Below are positions 21,875-30,844 of a DNA stretch of 55,088 nt, piece by piece; position 1 is the stretch's first letter, and the number at the start of each line of letters is the position of its first letter. Both the position numbers and the translations under genes were made by a program. This DNA is from Acholeplasmataceae bacterium (GTDB lineage Bacteria; Bacillota_I; Bacilli_A; Acholeplasmatales; Acholeplasmataceae), in the NCBI GenBank assembly GCA_030656435.1, contig JAUSOA010000021.1, positions 1 to 55,088 of the forward strand, given 5' to 3'. A model generated the notes under the pieces. It saw only the letters and a program-made list of their open reading frames with translations. It was not told the origin of the DNA and ran no database searches.

Positions 21875-22738
21875 TTACTCTACCAATTCTTGATTTAAAA
21901 CTCCACCGATACCAATCAAGGTAAACCGGTCTTTACCTGCTAAATCCTTAAGCTGAATGATGCTTGATTCGGGATAGACAAATGTAGCGTATTTAAGGAT
22001 TTCATCGCTTTGTTGAAAGCCATGTTCAAATGCGATTAAGGCTTTTTCCTTGATAAATAATTTTGATTGTTCGATTATCTTTTTGTAGAAATCTGTGCCA
22101 AGTGTACCTCCATAGAGTGCAACACTTGGTTCTTTTTTGACCATAGGATCGACAATTTCACTGTCTGGAATATAGGGTGGATTTGAGACGATAATGTCAA
22201 ATTTTGTATCTATATTTTGGAATAAATCGCTTAAGATAATTTTCGCTTTTGCTTTCAGATTCTTTTTGTTTTTTGTAGCGACGTTTAAAGCATCTTGACT
22301 AATATCTGAAATGGTTACATTTAAGTTTTCTTCTTCCAATGCAAGTGTTAAACCAATGCATCCACTGCCTGTACCAAGATCTAAAACATCAATTTTTTCA
22401 TTATCAAAATATTGATCATAATAATAAAGTACATGCTCAACTAATTGTTCGGTTTCTCCTCTAGGAATTAAAACGTGTTCATTGACTATTAATTGATAAC
22501 CATAGAAATAAGAATGCCCTATTAGATGTTGTACTGGTATGTGATGGTTAATGTAAAGATCTAGTTTCTCTAAAAATGTTTTTTCTAGTGAAGCATCAAC
22601 TTCCTTTTTTAAGTTTAAAAAGAATTGATGAGGATCTTGATTTGAGAGTTCCATTAAAAGCAGCTTGACTGCTTCTTCCTCTTTTTGTGAATTTTTGATT
22701 TTTTTATAGGAAAGCTTTAGGAGTTCTTGGAATGTCAC
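21875..22738 (-). CDS. prmC: Release factor glutamine methyltransferase
   Basis: VLIPRGETE, LDLGTGSG, SNPPY; coupled to prfA. Confidence 0.95.
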   Translation of the reverse strand: MTFQELLKLSYKKIKNSQKEEEAVKLLLMELSNQDPHQFFLNLKKEVDASLEKTFLEKLDLYINHHIPVQHLIGHSYFYGYQLIVNEHVLIPRGETEQLVEHVLYYYDQYFDNEKIDVLDLGTGSGCIGLTLALEEENLNVTISDISQDALNVATKNKKNLKAKAKIILSDLFQNIDTKFDIIVSNPPYIPDSEIVDPMVKKEPSVALYGGTLGTDFYKKIIEQSKLFIKEKALIAFEHGFQQSDEILKYATFVYPESSIIQLKDLAGKDRFTLIGIGGVLNQELVE

Positions 22739-23799
22739 TTCATTTCTCCTGTAAGCTGACGTTTTTGAAATTCATTTTGAAGGGGTTCTAAAATCAGTTC
22801 TATTTTACCTTCCATAATAACATCTAATCTTTGAAGAGTTAATCCGATACGGTGATCTGATACTCTATTTTGAGGGTAATTGTAGGTTCTGATTTTCTCA
22901 CTGCGATCGCCGCGTCCAATTAGAGATTTACGCTCTGCACCTTCTTTAGCAAGCTGTTCTTCAATCATCGCATCAAATATTCTAGTCTTTAGTAGTCTAA
23001 AAGCCTTATCTTTATTTTCATGCTGACTCTTTCCTTCTTGACATGAAACAGCAGTATTGGTTGGAATATGAGTTAAGCGTACAGCAGATTTTGTAGTATT
23101 TACCGATTGTCCGCCTGGGCCACTTGAGTTAAAGGTGTCAAAACGGATATCTTCCCATTTGATTTCGAATTCAAGTTCTTCAGCTTCTGGCATAACTAAA
23201 ACTGTAGCTGTTGAGGTATGTACTCTACCCATCGATTCAGTTTCAGGAACTCTTTGAACACGGTGTGTTCCAGATTCATATTTAAGTTGAGAATATACTT
23301 TTTTGCCTGAAATCATAAATTCAATCGATGTATATCCACCCATTGCACCTTCCATGGCGTTTAGGATTTCAATTTTCCATCCGACAGCTTCTGCATACTT
23401 AGAATACATTCTAAATAAGTCTCCTGCGAAGATATTACCTTCATCTCCACCTGCGGCGCCTTTGATTTCCATAATAACGTTTTTCTCATCATTAGGATCC
23501 TTAGGAAGTAATAGTATTTTTAGTTTTTCTTCTGTTATATCTAATGTTTCATTTAAATTATCGATTTCAAGCTGAGCCATCTCAAGGATTTCATCATCTT
23601 TTTCACCCTTAATCATTTGTTCTAAATCACGTAATTCCGCGATTTTAGACTTATAAAAACGGTACATTTCTACCGCTTCTTGTATTGCACTAGATTCTTT
23701 TAATAATTTTGTCATTTCTTTGATTCCAAGCGTTCCAGTTGAAAGTTTATCTTGCATTTCCTGTAACTGCTTTTCCATAATCTCTAATCGATCATACAT
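22735..23799 (-). CDS. prfA: Peptide chain release factor 1
   Basis: RVQRVPET (PxT), GPGGQSVN, RTYNYPQNR. Confidence 0.97.
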   Translation of the reverse strand: MYDRLEIMEKQLQEMQDKLSTGTLGIKEMTKLLKESSAIQEAVEMYRFYKSKIAELRDLEQMIKGEKDDEILEMAQLEIDNLNETLDITEEKLKILLLPKDPNDEKNVIMEIKGAAGGDEGNIFAGDLFRMYSKYAEAVGWKIEILNAMEGAMGGYTSIEFMISGKKVYSQLKYESGTHRVQRVPETESMGRVHTSTATVLVMPEAEELEFEIKWEDIRFDTFNSSGPGGQSVNTTKSAVRLTHIPTNTAVSCQEGKSQHENKDKAFRLLKTRIFDAMIEEQLAKEGAERKSLIGRGDRSEKIRTYNYPQNRVSDHRIGLTLQRLDVIMEGKIELILEPLQNEFQKRQLTGEMK

Positions 23800-23871
23800 T
23801 TTTATCACCCGCCTAACAATATTACCATATTTTTCAGGTATTTTCCACTGTAAACAGCGTTAATGTGCATA

Positions 23872-23886
23872 TTAGAAACATTATGT
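23872..23886. promoter_or_regulatory. Possible PerR/Fur-type box upstream of dps
   Basis: TTAGAAACATTATGT matches 10 of 14 positions of TTATAATnATTATAA; weak in AT-rich DNA. Confidence 0.3.
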
Positions 23887-23967
23887 GTGACTAAGCGTAT
23901 CCACTGGAAAAAGAATAAAAATATGATATACTATAGTTGAATAAAAACGAAAGGAAAGGGTATAAAA

Positions 23968-24402
23968 ATGGAAAAACTATATCAGGCTTTAAACAAGCAA
24001 GTTTCAAATTTTAGTGTATTATTTACGAAGTTACATCATTTTCATTGGTATGTAACAGGTCCTAATTTTTATCCACTACATGCTAAATTCGAAGAATTCT
24101 ATGATGAAGTGAATGAACTTTACGACGCATTTGCAGAAAGATTATTGATGATTGGTGGACACCCAGTTTCTAATCAAAAGGGTTACTTAGCATTAACTTC
24201 CCTTAAGGAAGCTAGTGGTACTGAAAAGCCAGAAGAAATGATTAAACACGTTTTAGATGATTTCAAGTTATTGGCAGTTGAGTTAAAGGAAGTATTGAAA
24301 ATAGCTGAAGAGCTTGGAGATGAAGTAACTGCTGACTTAGTCATTGGAACACTTTCAAGTTTTGAAAAGCATATTTGGATGTTGACGTTTACTCTAAAGT
24401 AG
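23968..24402 (+). CDS. dps: Dps family ferritin-like DNA protection protein
   Basis: KLHHFHWYVTG, LHAKFEE, DAFAERL, EKHIWML. Confidence 0.95.
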   Translation: MEKLYQALNKQVSNFSVLFTKLHHFHWYVTGPNFYPLHAKFEEFYDEVNELYDAFAERLLMIGGHPVSNQKGYLALTSLKEASGTEKPEEMIKHVLDDFKLLAVELKEVLKIAEELGDEVTADLVIGTLSSFEKHIWMLTFTLK

Positions 24403-24508
24403 TACTCAATTAGAAGATATAAATAAAAATGAGAGTTCTTATGTAATTTTGAAATTTACATAAGACATAAACGAGTGATCATAATAATGATTAACTGTTT
24501 ATTGACTC

Positions 24509-24649
24509 TCATTTTTTTATATATTTGAATTGATTGACCACACTTTTTGAACATTTATTGTACAGTTGGTGTCTAATTGAATCTACATACATCACTGGAT
24601 TGTTAGCACAATATGCATACATGTTGGATAATTGACTGTCTCCTCTGGA
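24509..24649 (-). pseudogene. Remnant of an RHS repeat-associated core domain
   Basis: Hand translation SRGDSQLSNMYAYCANNPVMYVDSIRH matches the RHS core end motif NxYxYxxNNPxxxxDPxG. Confidence 0.75.
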
Positions 24650-24931
24650 TTAAGTGATTTTAGATATTGTTTTTATATAATCCTTGATCAAAAAAGACAA
24701 GAAATAAGGAAATGTATAAAATTGTTCATTATATCCGCTTTCAAGTACTGCTTTATAAATTGGTTCTTCAATAAAATTGATATAGATGATTTTTTGGTAG
24801 TTCTCTTTTGTAAATTTAAGTATGGATTGAGTTTTACCTACTTGTCTAGGACCTTTGATGACTAGCGGCTTTTTCTCCTTATTGTTTTTCCATTCTAATA
24901 GGAACCGATCAATTTTCCGTTTTAAATACAT
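24650..24931 (-). pseudogene. Internally deleted AAA_14/DUF4143-type ATPase
   Basis: MYLKRKID...KPLVIKGPRQVGKT...IYINF N-terminus with no Walker B, joined to a C-terminus-like YTFPYFLSFL; 93 aa. Confidence 0.75.
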
Positions 24932-24955
24932 ACGCTTCACCTAAACTTTATCATA

Positions 24956-25070
24956 CACATTTTTAAGCAAATATTCAATCATTCTATCACATTATTATAA
25001 CGATTTTTCTATTGTTTCTCACATTTTTAATGATTATTCAATATGCAATATGTCTTTTTCGCACATTTGA
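24956..25070. repeat. Phased CACATT-core direct repeats
   Basis: CACATT starts at 24956, 24988, 25020 and 25062 (spacing 32, 32, 42); copies 1 and 3 share CACATTTTTAA. Confidence 0.65.
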
Positions 25071-25140
25071 TATTTTAAATACATGAATTTTTTATGGACA
25101 TCCGCCTTTGCTTTGGATTGATATCACAGCCCACTGTTTA

Positions 25141-25263
25141 ATTTCCATACCAATCCAGTATATTGTTGTCTTCTAGTCAGATCTCTTACATCCCATTCAA
25201 AATTAATAGTCAAATAGCTTGAGCGGGTGTCTAGGATTGATGTTACATTTCCATACCAATCCA
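25141..25263. repeat. 17-bp exact direct repeat, two copies
   Basis: ATTTCCATACCAATCCA at 25141 and 25247, each preceded by GGATTGAT. Confidence 0.8.
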
Positions 25264-25279
25264 CTTAACCCATAAAAAC

Positions 25280-25320
25280 AAAAAAAGTGCTCCATTTCAC
25301 ATGTGAATGAAAAGCACTTT
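25280..25320 (-). terminator. Intrinsic terminator after dnaB
   Basis: AAAGTGC...GCACTTT stem with an inner TTCACATGTGAA palindrome and a T tract on the minus strand. Confidence 0.7.
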
Positions 25321-25330
25321 ATGGTTTTAT

Positions 25331-26683
25331 TTAGTCTTTAACCGAATCGTCATCACGATCGGATTGAGCTGTAAATCTTGAGAATTCAGTATCAAATCTG
25401 AATCCTAAACGAATACCTGCCATACCTTGACGGTTTTTCGCAATCGATAGTTCGACTTCACCAGTTTTATTTTCTGGATTATGAACATAATAATCATTTC
25501 TATATAAAAACATTACGATATCGGCATCCTGTTCAATCGAACCAGATTCACGAAGATCAGCTAATACCGGTCTTTTATCTTCTCTCTTCTCAACTTCTCT
25601 AGATAGCTGAGATAGTGCCAAGATAGGAATCTTTAATTCTCTAGCCATTTGCTTTAAAGATCTTGAAATCTTCGCGACTTCTTCTTGTCTATTTCCCGAT
25701 CTGTCATCACCCTTAATTAACTGCAAATAGTCAATGACTACGAAATCAAGCTTTCCTTCTTGAGAAAGCTTTCTACATTTCGCTCGAATATCTGCAACAC
25801 TGACTGCTGCTGAATCATCAAATGAGATATGTAGCTTCGATAAGGACTGCATACCACCTTCTAAAAATTGCCATTCTCTTGATGTTAAATGCCCTGTTTT
25901 AATCTTATTATTTTCAATATTGGATTCCGAAGATAGCATACGTGCAGCAAGCTGCTCGTTACTCATTTCAAGAGAGAAAATAGCGACTCCTGCTTGACCA
26001 TCCTTATTACGTTTAGCCACATTTAACGCCAAATTCATCGCGAATGCGGATTTACCCATTGATGGACGGGCTGCAAGAATAATAAGTTCTTCTGGTTGAA
26101 GTCCAGCTGTAAGCTGGTCAAGGTTAGAAAATCCAGTTCTAAGTCCGGTAATCCCACCTTTTTTATCTCTATTCTTCTCTGTTTTTTCTTTAACTTCTCT
26201 AATAACATCAGCAAGTTCAGAAAACTCAGAGGTTTTTCTTTTTTGTGCAAGTGCGAAAATACTTTCTTCCGCAAGTGTCAAATATTCATTTGCATCCATA
26301 TCACCGGAATATCCAGTTTCTAATATTTCTGATGCGAGTTGAATAACCTGACGCTTCATGGATCCATCTCTAACAAGCTCTACATAGGTTTCTAAATGCT
26401 TGGTTGAAGGAACTGTTTCAGATAACGCTAAAAGATACTTCATTCCACCAGCTTTTTGAAGGTTTTGACCTTCTTCAAGCTTAGCTGCGACTGAAGTATA
26501 ATCGATTTTCATCGTATTGTTATGTAGTTCCTTCATTGCTTCAAAAATCAGTTGATGTGCTTGTTCAAAGAAGTCTTCATTATTCAGTTGATCAACTACT
26601 GATACAATCTCTTTAGGATCTAAAAATATAGTTCCTAAAACTGATTGTTCGGCTTCATGATGATGCGGTAAGCTTTTCGCCAT
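25331..26683 (-). CDS. dnaB: Replicative DNA helicase
   Basis: EAEQSVLG, AARPSMGKS, IDYLQL, DLRESGSIEQDAD. Confidence 0.97.
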   Translation of the reverse strand: MAKSLPHHHEAEQSVLGTIFLDPKEIVSVVDQLNNEDFFEQAHQLIFEAMKELHNNTMKIDYTSVAAKLEEGQNLQKAGGMKYLLALSETVPSTKHLETYVELVRDGSMKRQVIQLASEILETGYSGDMDANEYLTLAEESIFALAQKRKTSEFSELADVIREVKEKTEKNRDKKGGITGLRTGFSNLDQLTAGLQPEELIILAARPSMGKSAFAMNLALNVAKRNKDGQAGVAIFSLEMSNEQLAARMLSSESNIENNKIKTGHLTSREWQFLEGGMQSLSKLHISFDDSAAVSVADIRAKCRKLSQEGKLDFVVIDYLQLIKGDDRSGNRQEEVAKISRSLKQMARELKIPILALSQLSREVEKREDKRPVLADLRESGSIEQDADIVMFLYRNDYYVHNPENKTGEVELSIAKNRQGMAGIRLGFRFDTEFSRFTAQSDRDDDSVKD

Positions 26684-26693
26684 GATCTAATAC

Positions 26694-27137
26694 CTACTTT
26701 TCAACGATATGGACTTCAAATAGTGCTTTAATATCCTTATGTAGCGAAACAGTTGCTGTATAAATGCCAACCGAGTTGATATCACTTGATAATTCTACTT
26801 TTTTCTTATCGATTAGAATATGATGAGCCTCTTCAAACGCTTCAACGATTTGTTTAGTCGTTACACTGCCAAAGAGTTTACCATCCTGACCGATTTGAAT
26901 GCCTAATGTCACCTTTTTATTATCGATCTCTGATTTTAATTTCTTCATTAAATCGATATGACGTTGCTGTGATAAAAATGCTTCTTCCTTCGCTTTATTT
27001 AAAGCGTTTAGGTTTTCATCTGATGCAAGCATTGCCTTCTTTTGAGTGACAAGAAATTGTCCAAAACCTGATGCAACCTCGATGACATCATCCTTCTTGC
27101 CCTTACCTTTAACATCCTCTAGTAAAATAACTTTCAC
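26694..27137 (-). CDS. rplI: 50S ribosomal protein L9 moiety, possibly also made from an internal GTG
   Basis: VKVILLEDVKGKGKK, GKLFGSVT; GGAGGAGGA 6 nt before the GTG; 147 aa. Confidence 0.85.
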   Translation of the reverse strand: MKVILLEDVKGKGKKDDVIEVASGFGQFLVTQKKAMLASDENLNALNKAKEEAFLSQQRHIDLMKKLKSEIDNKKVTLGIQIGQDGKLFGSVTTKQIVEAFEEAHHILIDKKKVELSSDINSVGIYTATVSLHKDIKALFEVHIVEK

Positions 27138-29129
27138 GAGTTCTCCTCCTCCACCATACTCGAGTTCCAAGTATGTTTTTAATTGATTATATACCTCAGT
27201 TATAGATTGGTTTTCAATTTGAGCTGCAGCACTATTTAAGTGCCCACCACCCCCGAAAGCCTCCATTAAAATTTGAACATTGACTTGCTGATAGGATCTT
27301 GCTGAAACGCCTACCTTATCATTACCCATTCTTGAAATCATAAATGCAGCATCAATTCCATTGATTTGTAGAAGTGACTCTGCAACCTGTGCGAGTAAAA
27401 TCCGGTCATCATAAATATCTGATGTTACCGCGAACGCGAAACGATCTAAAAATATTTCGACATTTCCTAATAATTTATTAATTTCTAATGTGCGCATTAA
27501 ATCTCGACGTAGCCACAATTTGACATCGGTGATATCAGCACCTAAATCCTTTAATTTAGATGCGACCTCAAAGGTGCGAGATCCTGTACGATAACTGAAG
27601 TTATTGGTATCCACCACAAGACCACCATACATGATGGTTGCTTCAAATGGTGTGATTTTGATTTCTTCTTCCATATTATAGAAATTGAGTAATTCCATAA
27701 CTAATTCAATCGTAGATGATGCATAGGGCTCAATAAAGCTGAATATTGCATCAAATGTGTCCTCACCGACTCGGTGATGATCGATAACAATGAGTTTATT
27801 TACCTTCTTTAATAATTCCTGCGACATTACAATCTTTGGTGATTGAGAATCTACAACAATAAGTAAACTATCATCATTAACCTCAGTAACTGCAACCTCT
27901 GAGGTCACTACGTTTTCTGTAAAGCTTGGCATTTTTTCTTTAAGCAAATCATAAACCTTGATAACGGTATTATCTAGCTTTGCTTCATCAATAACGATAC
28001 GTACGGGCTTTTTACTGACCTTCGCCATATGATAGACTGCAATCATTGAACCGAATGCATCTAGATCCGCTTGGTTATGTCCCATAACAAAAATATTGGT
28101 TGCTTTATCCGTAAAGTCTTTAATCGTTTGTGCGTTAATTCTCACGCCGACTCTTGAGCTTTTAGCGGCAGCATCACTTTTCGCGCCAAAATAGATAATC
28201 TTTTGGTCTTGGATATTGACTACAACCTGATCACCACCACGCTTTTCAGCGAGTTCGACAGCGTTTTGCGCATAAATTCCTAGCTCTTCATAATCCACAT
28301 CCCATGATGCAACACCCATAGAAATAGAGACTCTCACCTGATTTGCTGTAGAGATGGAACGAATCTTATCTAGGATATCAAACTTATCTTGAATGATTAA
28401 ATTTAACTGCTTTCGATATAAAACAACAATGAGTCTTTCATCTGCGTAGGGCTTTAAGAATCCATCATATTTATTTGCCCAGTCTGCAATTGCAGCTAAG
28501 TATTCACCCTTCAAAGAAGATTGTTCAGAGACATCCATCGATCCGAGTGCTTCATCTAGGTTATCTAAATAAATAATACCTAGTGCAGGAATTTGATCTT
28601 GATATCTTTGCTTAACATGTTCTCTTTCTGTAACATTGAACAGGTAGAAAAACTTATATTCAGAACGGTAGATGACATCATAGGTTTCATTTTTAATTTG
28701 AATAGAAAATTCAATTCGATTGTTCATTGCTGATAAATGGAGTTGAGGATGAACATCCTTTAAATTCTTTCCAGCAATCTTAGGATCGAAAATTGATTTT
28801 GCGTGTGGATTTGCCCATTTGATTTCAAAATCATCATCTAAGGCAATAATTCCAATGGGTAGTTCATTAAATACTTCATCGCCAACCTGATTGACGTGGT
28901 AGGATAGCTTAGTCCACATCGAGAGTCGGTTTTGAAGGGTTTTTACCTTTTGTCTAGCCTGATAGTTCAGTGAAATATAAAATGCTGCAAAGACTAAAAT
29001 CATGCCAGATAGCATGAGTAGTAAAAGGAAGAATTGTGCTCCCGATTGAAAGTTGAAATAAGGTGTGTATAAAATCACGCTGACAACAAATACTATAGAT
29101 GCTATGATGAGAAAAAGCCATCGTTTCAT
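26694..29129 (-). CDS. gdpP: GdpP-like c-di-AMP phosphodiesterase (2 TM, PAS, degenerate GGDEF, DHH/DHHA1) fused to ribosomal protein L9
   Basis: GGDQV, GHNQADLDA, IDHHR, GGGGH, then L9 sequence in the same frame with no stop. Confidence 0.92.
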   Translation of the reverse strand: MKRWLFLIIASIVFVVSVILYTPYFNFQSGAQFFLLLLMLSGMILVFAAFYISLNYQARQKVKTLQNRLSMWTKLSYHVNQVGDEVFNELPIGIIALDDDFEIKWANPHAKSIFDPKIAGKNLKDVHPQLHLSAMNNRIEFSIQIKNETYDVIYRSEYKFFYLFNVTEREHVKQRYQDQIPALGIIYLDNLDEALGSMDVSEQSSLKGEYLAAIADWANKYDGFLKPYADERLIVVLYRKQLNLIIQDKFDILDKIRSISTANQVRVSISMGVASWDVDYEELGIYAQNAVELAEKRGGDQVVVNIQDQKIIYFGAKSDAAAKSSRVGVRINAQTIKDFTDKATNIFVMGHNQADLDAFGSMIAVYHMAKVSKKPVRIVIDEAKLDNTVIKVYDLLKEKMPSFTENVVTSEVAVTEVNDDSLLIVVDSQSPKIVMSQELLKKVNKLIVIDHHRVGEDTFDAIFSFIEPYASSTIELVMELLNFYNMEEEIKITPFEATIMYGGLVVDTNNFSYRTGSRTFEVASKLKDLGADITDVKLWLRRDLMRTLEINKLLGNVEIFLDRFAFAVTSDIYDDRILLAQVAESLLQINGIDAAFMISRMGNDKVGVSARSYQQVNVQILMEAFGGGGHLNSAAAQIENQSITEVYNQLKTYLELEYGGGGELVKVILLEDVKGKGKKDDVIEVASGFGQFLVTQKKAMLASDENLNALNKAKEEAFLSQQRHIDLMKKLKSEIDNKKVTLGIQIGQDGKLFGSVTTKQIVEAFEEAHHILIDKKKVELSSDINSVGIYTATVSLHKDIKALFEVHIVEK

Positions 29130-29260
29130 GAGCTCACCTACTTTAAAAATATTATATCACGTTTGAGAATAATATAAAGATATTATCTTTAAAGACAAAG
29201 GAAAAAATGATTTATTTTTCTCCCATAATCTTTAAGAAAGTTTTCTTGATTTGATTAAAC

Positions 29261-29288
29261 AAAAAACCCATATTTAAAATATGGGCTT
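29261..29288 (-). terminator. Intrinsic terminator after rpsR
   Basis: CCCATATTT/AAATATGGG hairpin with a T tract on the minus strand. Confidence 0.8.
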
Positions 29289-29303
29289 ATCTATTTTAGT
29301 TAA

Positions 29304-29543
29304 CTAGTCTTTTACGAATGGTAAAAGCGCCATGTGACGAGCTCTCTTGATAGCGATAGCAAGTGGACGTTGCCATTTAGCTGATGTTCCAGTTACACGT
29401 CTTGGTAAAATCTTACCGCGGTCTGTAACGAAACGCTTTAACAGCTCAACATCCTTAAAATCTATGTGTTCTACTTTATTTTGTGTAAAGTAACATACTT
29501 TCTTACGCTTCTTGAATCCGCCACCACGTCTATTTTGTTGCAT
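29304..29543 (-). CDS. rpsR: 30S ribosomal protein S18
   Basis: [28 protein letters not shown]. Confidence 0.97.
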   Translation of the reverse strand: MQQNRRGGGFKKRKKVCYFTQNKVEHIDFKDVELLKRFVTDRGKILPRRVTGTSAKWQRPLAIAIKRARHMALLPFVKD

Positions 29544-29555
29544 GATGTTTCCTCC

Positions 29556-29978
29556 TTAAAATGGTAAATCTTCTTCTGCAGCGAGTTGCTTACTTGTTTC
29601 GTAGAACTCGTCGTTTTCTGAAGTATTTGTTTCTTCTCTTACTGGTTGTTCTGCTGTGTCGCCTTTGCTTTCTAAAAACTGGACGGAATCACAAACAACC
29701 TCGGTAACGTAACGTGTGCCGTTGTCCGCTTCATACGTTCTCGTTTGAATGCGTCCTTCAACACCTAAGAGTGCACCTTTTCTAACAAAGCGCGCTAAAT
29801 TTTCTGCTTGTTTACGCCAAACGACACATTGAATAAAGTCGGCTTGTTTTTCGCCAGCTTGATCCGCAAATTGTCTATTGACTGCAAGCGTAAAGGATAC
29901 AACGGCTATATTAGATTGGGTAGACTTTATTTCTGGGTCTTTGGTAATTCTACCAACCAAAATAACTCTATTGATCAT
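29556..29978 (-). CDS. ssb: Single-stranded DNA-binding protein
   Basis: [12 protein letters not shown] fold; acidic EEDLPF tail. Confidence 0.97.
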   Translation of the reverse strand: MINRVILVGRITKDPEIKSTQSNIAVVSFTLAVNRQFADQAGEKQADFIQCVVWRKQAENLARFVRKGALLGVEGRIQTRTYEADNGTRYVTEVVCDSVQFLESKGDTAEQPVREETNTSENDEFYETSKQLAAEEDLPF

Positions 29979-29980
29979 AA

Positions 29981-30268
29981 TTATTCGCCTTCCTTTACAA
30001 CTATGAAGCGAATTACTTCTTCAGTAATTCTAACGACACGATTAAATTCAGCAACTGCTTCTGGAGTAGCATCTACTAGTAGCCAAACGTAATACCCTTT
30101 TTTGTAGTGATCGATCTCGTAGGCTAAGTCTTTTAGCCCCAACTCTTTGATTTCAAGAACTTTGCTACTGTAGTTTTCAAATATTTGATTAAAATTTCCT
30201 ACAATCTGCTTAATGTTCTCGCTCTCAACAGTTGGACGGATGATGTACATTACTTCGTATTTTTTCAT
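29981..30268 (-). CDS. rpsF: 30S ribosomal protein S6
   Basis: [20 protein letters not shown]; ATG at 30268 after AAGGAGGT. Confidence 0.96.
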   Translation of the reverse strand: MKKYEVMYIIRPTVESENIKQIVGNFNQIFENYSSKVLEIKELGLKDLAYEIDHYKKGYYVWLLVDATPEAVAEFNRVVRITEEVIRFIVVKEGE

Positions 30269-30276
30269 CTGTTCCA

Positions 30277-30312
30277 CCTCCTTTTGGTCTATGGTCTATA
30301 TAAGACAAGGAT
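30277..30312 (-). promoter_or_regulatory. S6:S18-responsive leader motif
   Basis: TCCTTGTCT...AGACCAAAAGGAGG pairs across the rpsF RBS with a CC bulge, as in the known S6:S18 regulator. Confidence 0.6.
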
Positions 30313-30332
30313 TATCTATCTTATGCCAAATC

Positions 30333-30361
30333 ATTATATCATATATGATATGATAATACAA
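30333..30361 (-). promoter_or_regulatory. Sigma-A promoter of rpsF-ssb-rpsR
   Basis: TTGTAT-N17-TATAAT with extended TG. Confidence 0.65.
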
Positions 30362-30382
30362 CTTGTTTTGAATCCTTTTTTT

Positions 30383-30844
30383 CTAGAGGATTGTGTTCAA
30401 TTTCTCATAGATGAATTGAACTGTTTTTTCAATTGCATCCACTCTAGAATATGCCTCTAAGTCAATATAAAATACTTTCATTTCTTGCTTGCAAAGGATG
30501 GATACCCATGCCTCTTGCTTTAATGTTTTTTCCTGTAAGGTTGGACCAGCATTGCCTGTAATACCAACACCAATATCTGAACCAATGACATCCTTTATTT
30601 TTCTAGCCATGATTGAAGATATTTCTTTACTGACGATACCATACTTGTTGATATCCTCTAAAGTAATGTTTAATAAATTATGTTTTTGCTTAACACTGTA
30701 GGCTACAATACTGCCTGAAATAACCTTAGATGCGCCTGGGTTTTTCATTAATTCATAGGTAGCGGCACCTCCAGTCATACTTTCAGCAAATGCTATTGTT
30801 AAGCCTTTATCAAGTAGTTTATTAAATAACTCTTTTGAAATCAT
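30383..30844 (-). CDS. CinA C-terminal domain protein (PncC-like NMN deamidase)
   Basis: AESMTGG, PGAS, GITGNAGP. Confidence 0.85.
   Translation of the reverse strand: MISKELFNKLLDKGLTIAFAESMTGGAATYELMKNPGASKVISGSIVAYSVKQKHNLLNITLEDINKYGIVSKEISSIMARKIKDVIGSDIGVGITGNAGPTLQEKTLKQEAWVSILCKQEMKVFYIDLEAYSRVDAIEKTVQFIYEKLNTIL

Noticed and set aside
24632-24865. 77-aa plus-strand ORF
   Set aside because: Shadow of the AAA remnant on the opposite strand.
25141-25279. Degenerate CRISPR array (repeat end resembles type I-B TGGTATGTAAAT)
   Set aside because: Only two 17-bp copies 106 bp apart; no regular spacers or cas genes.
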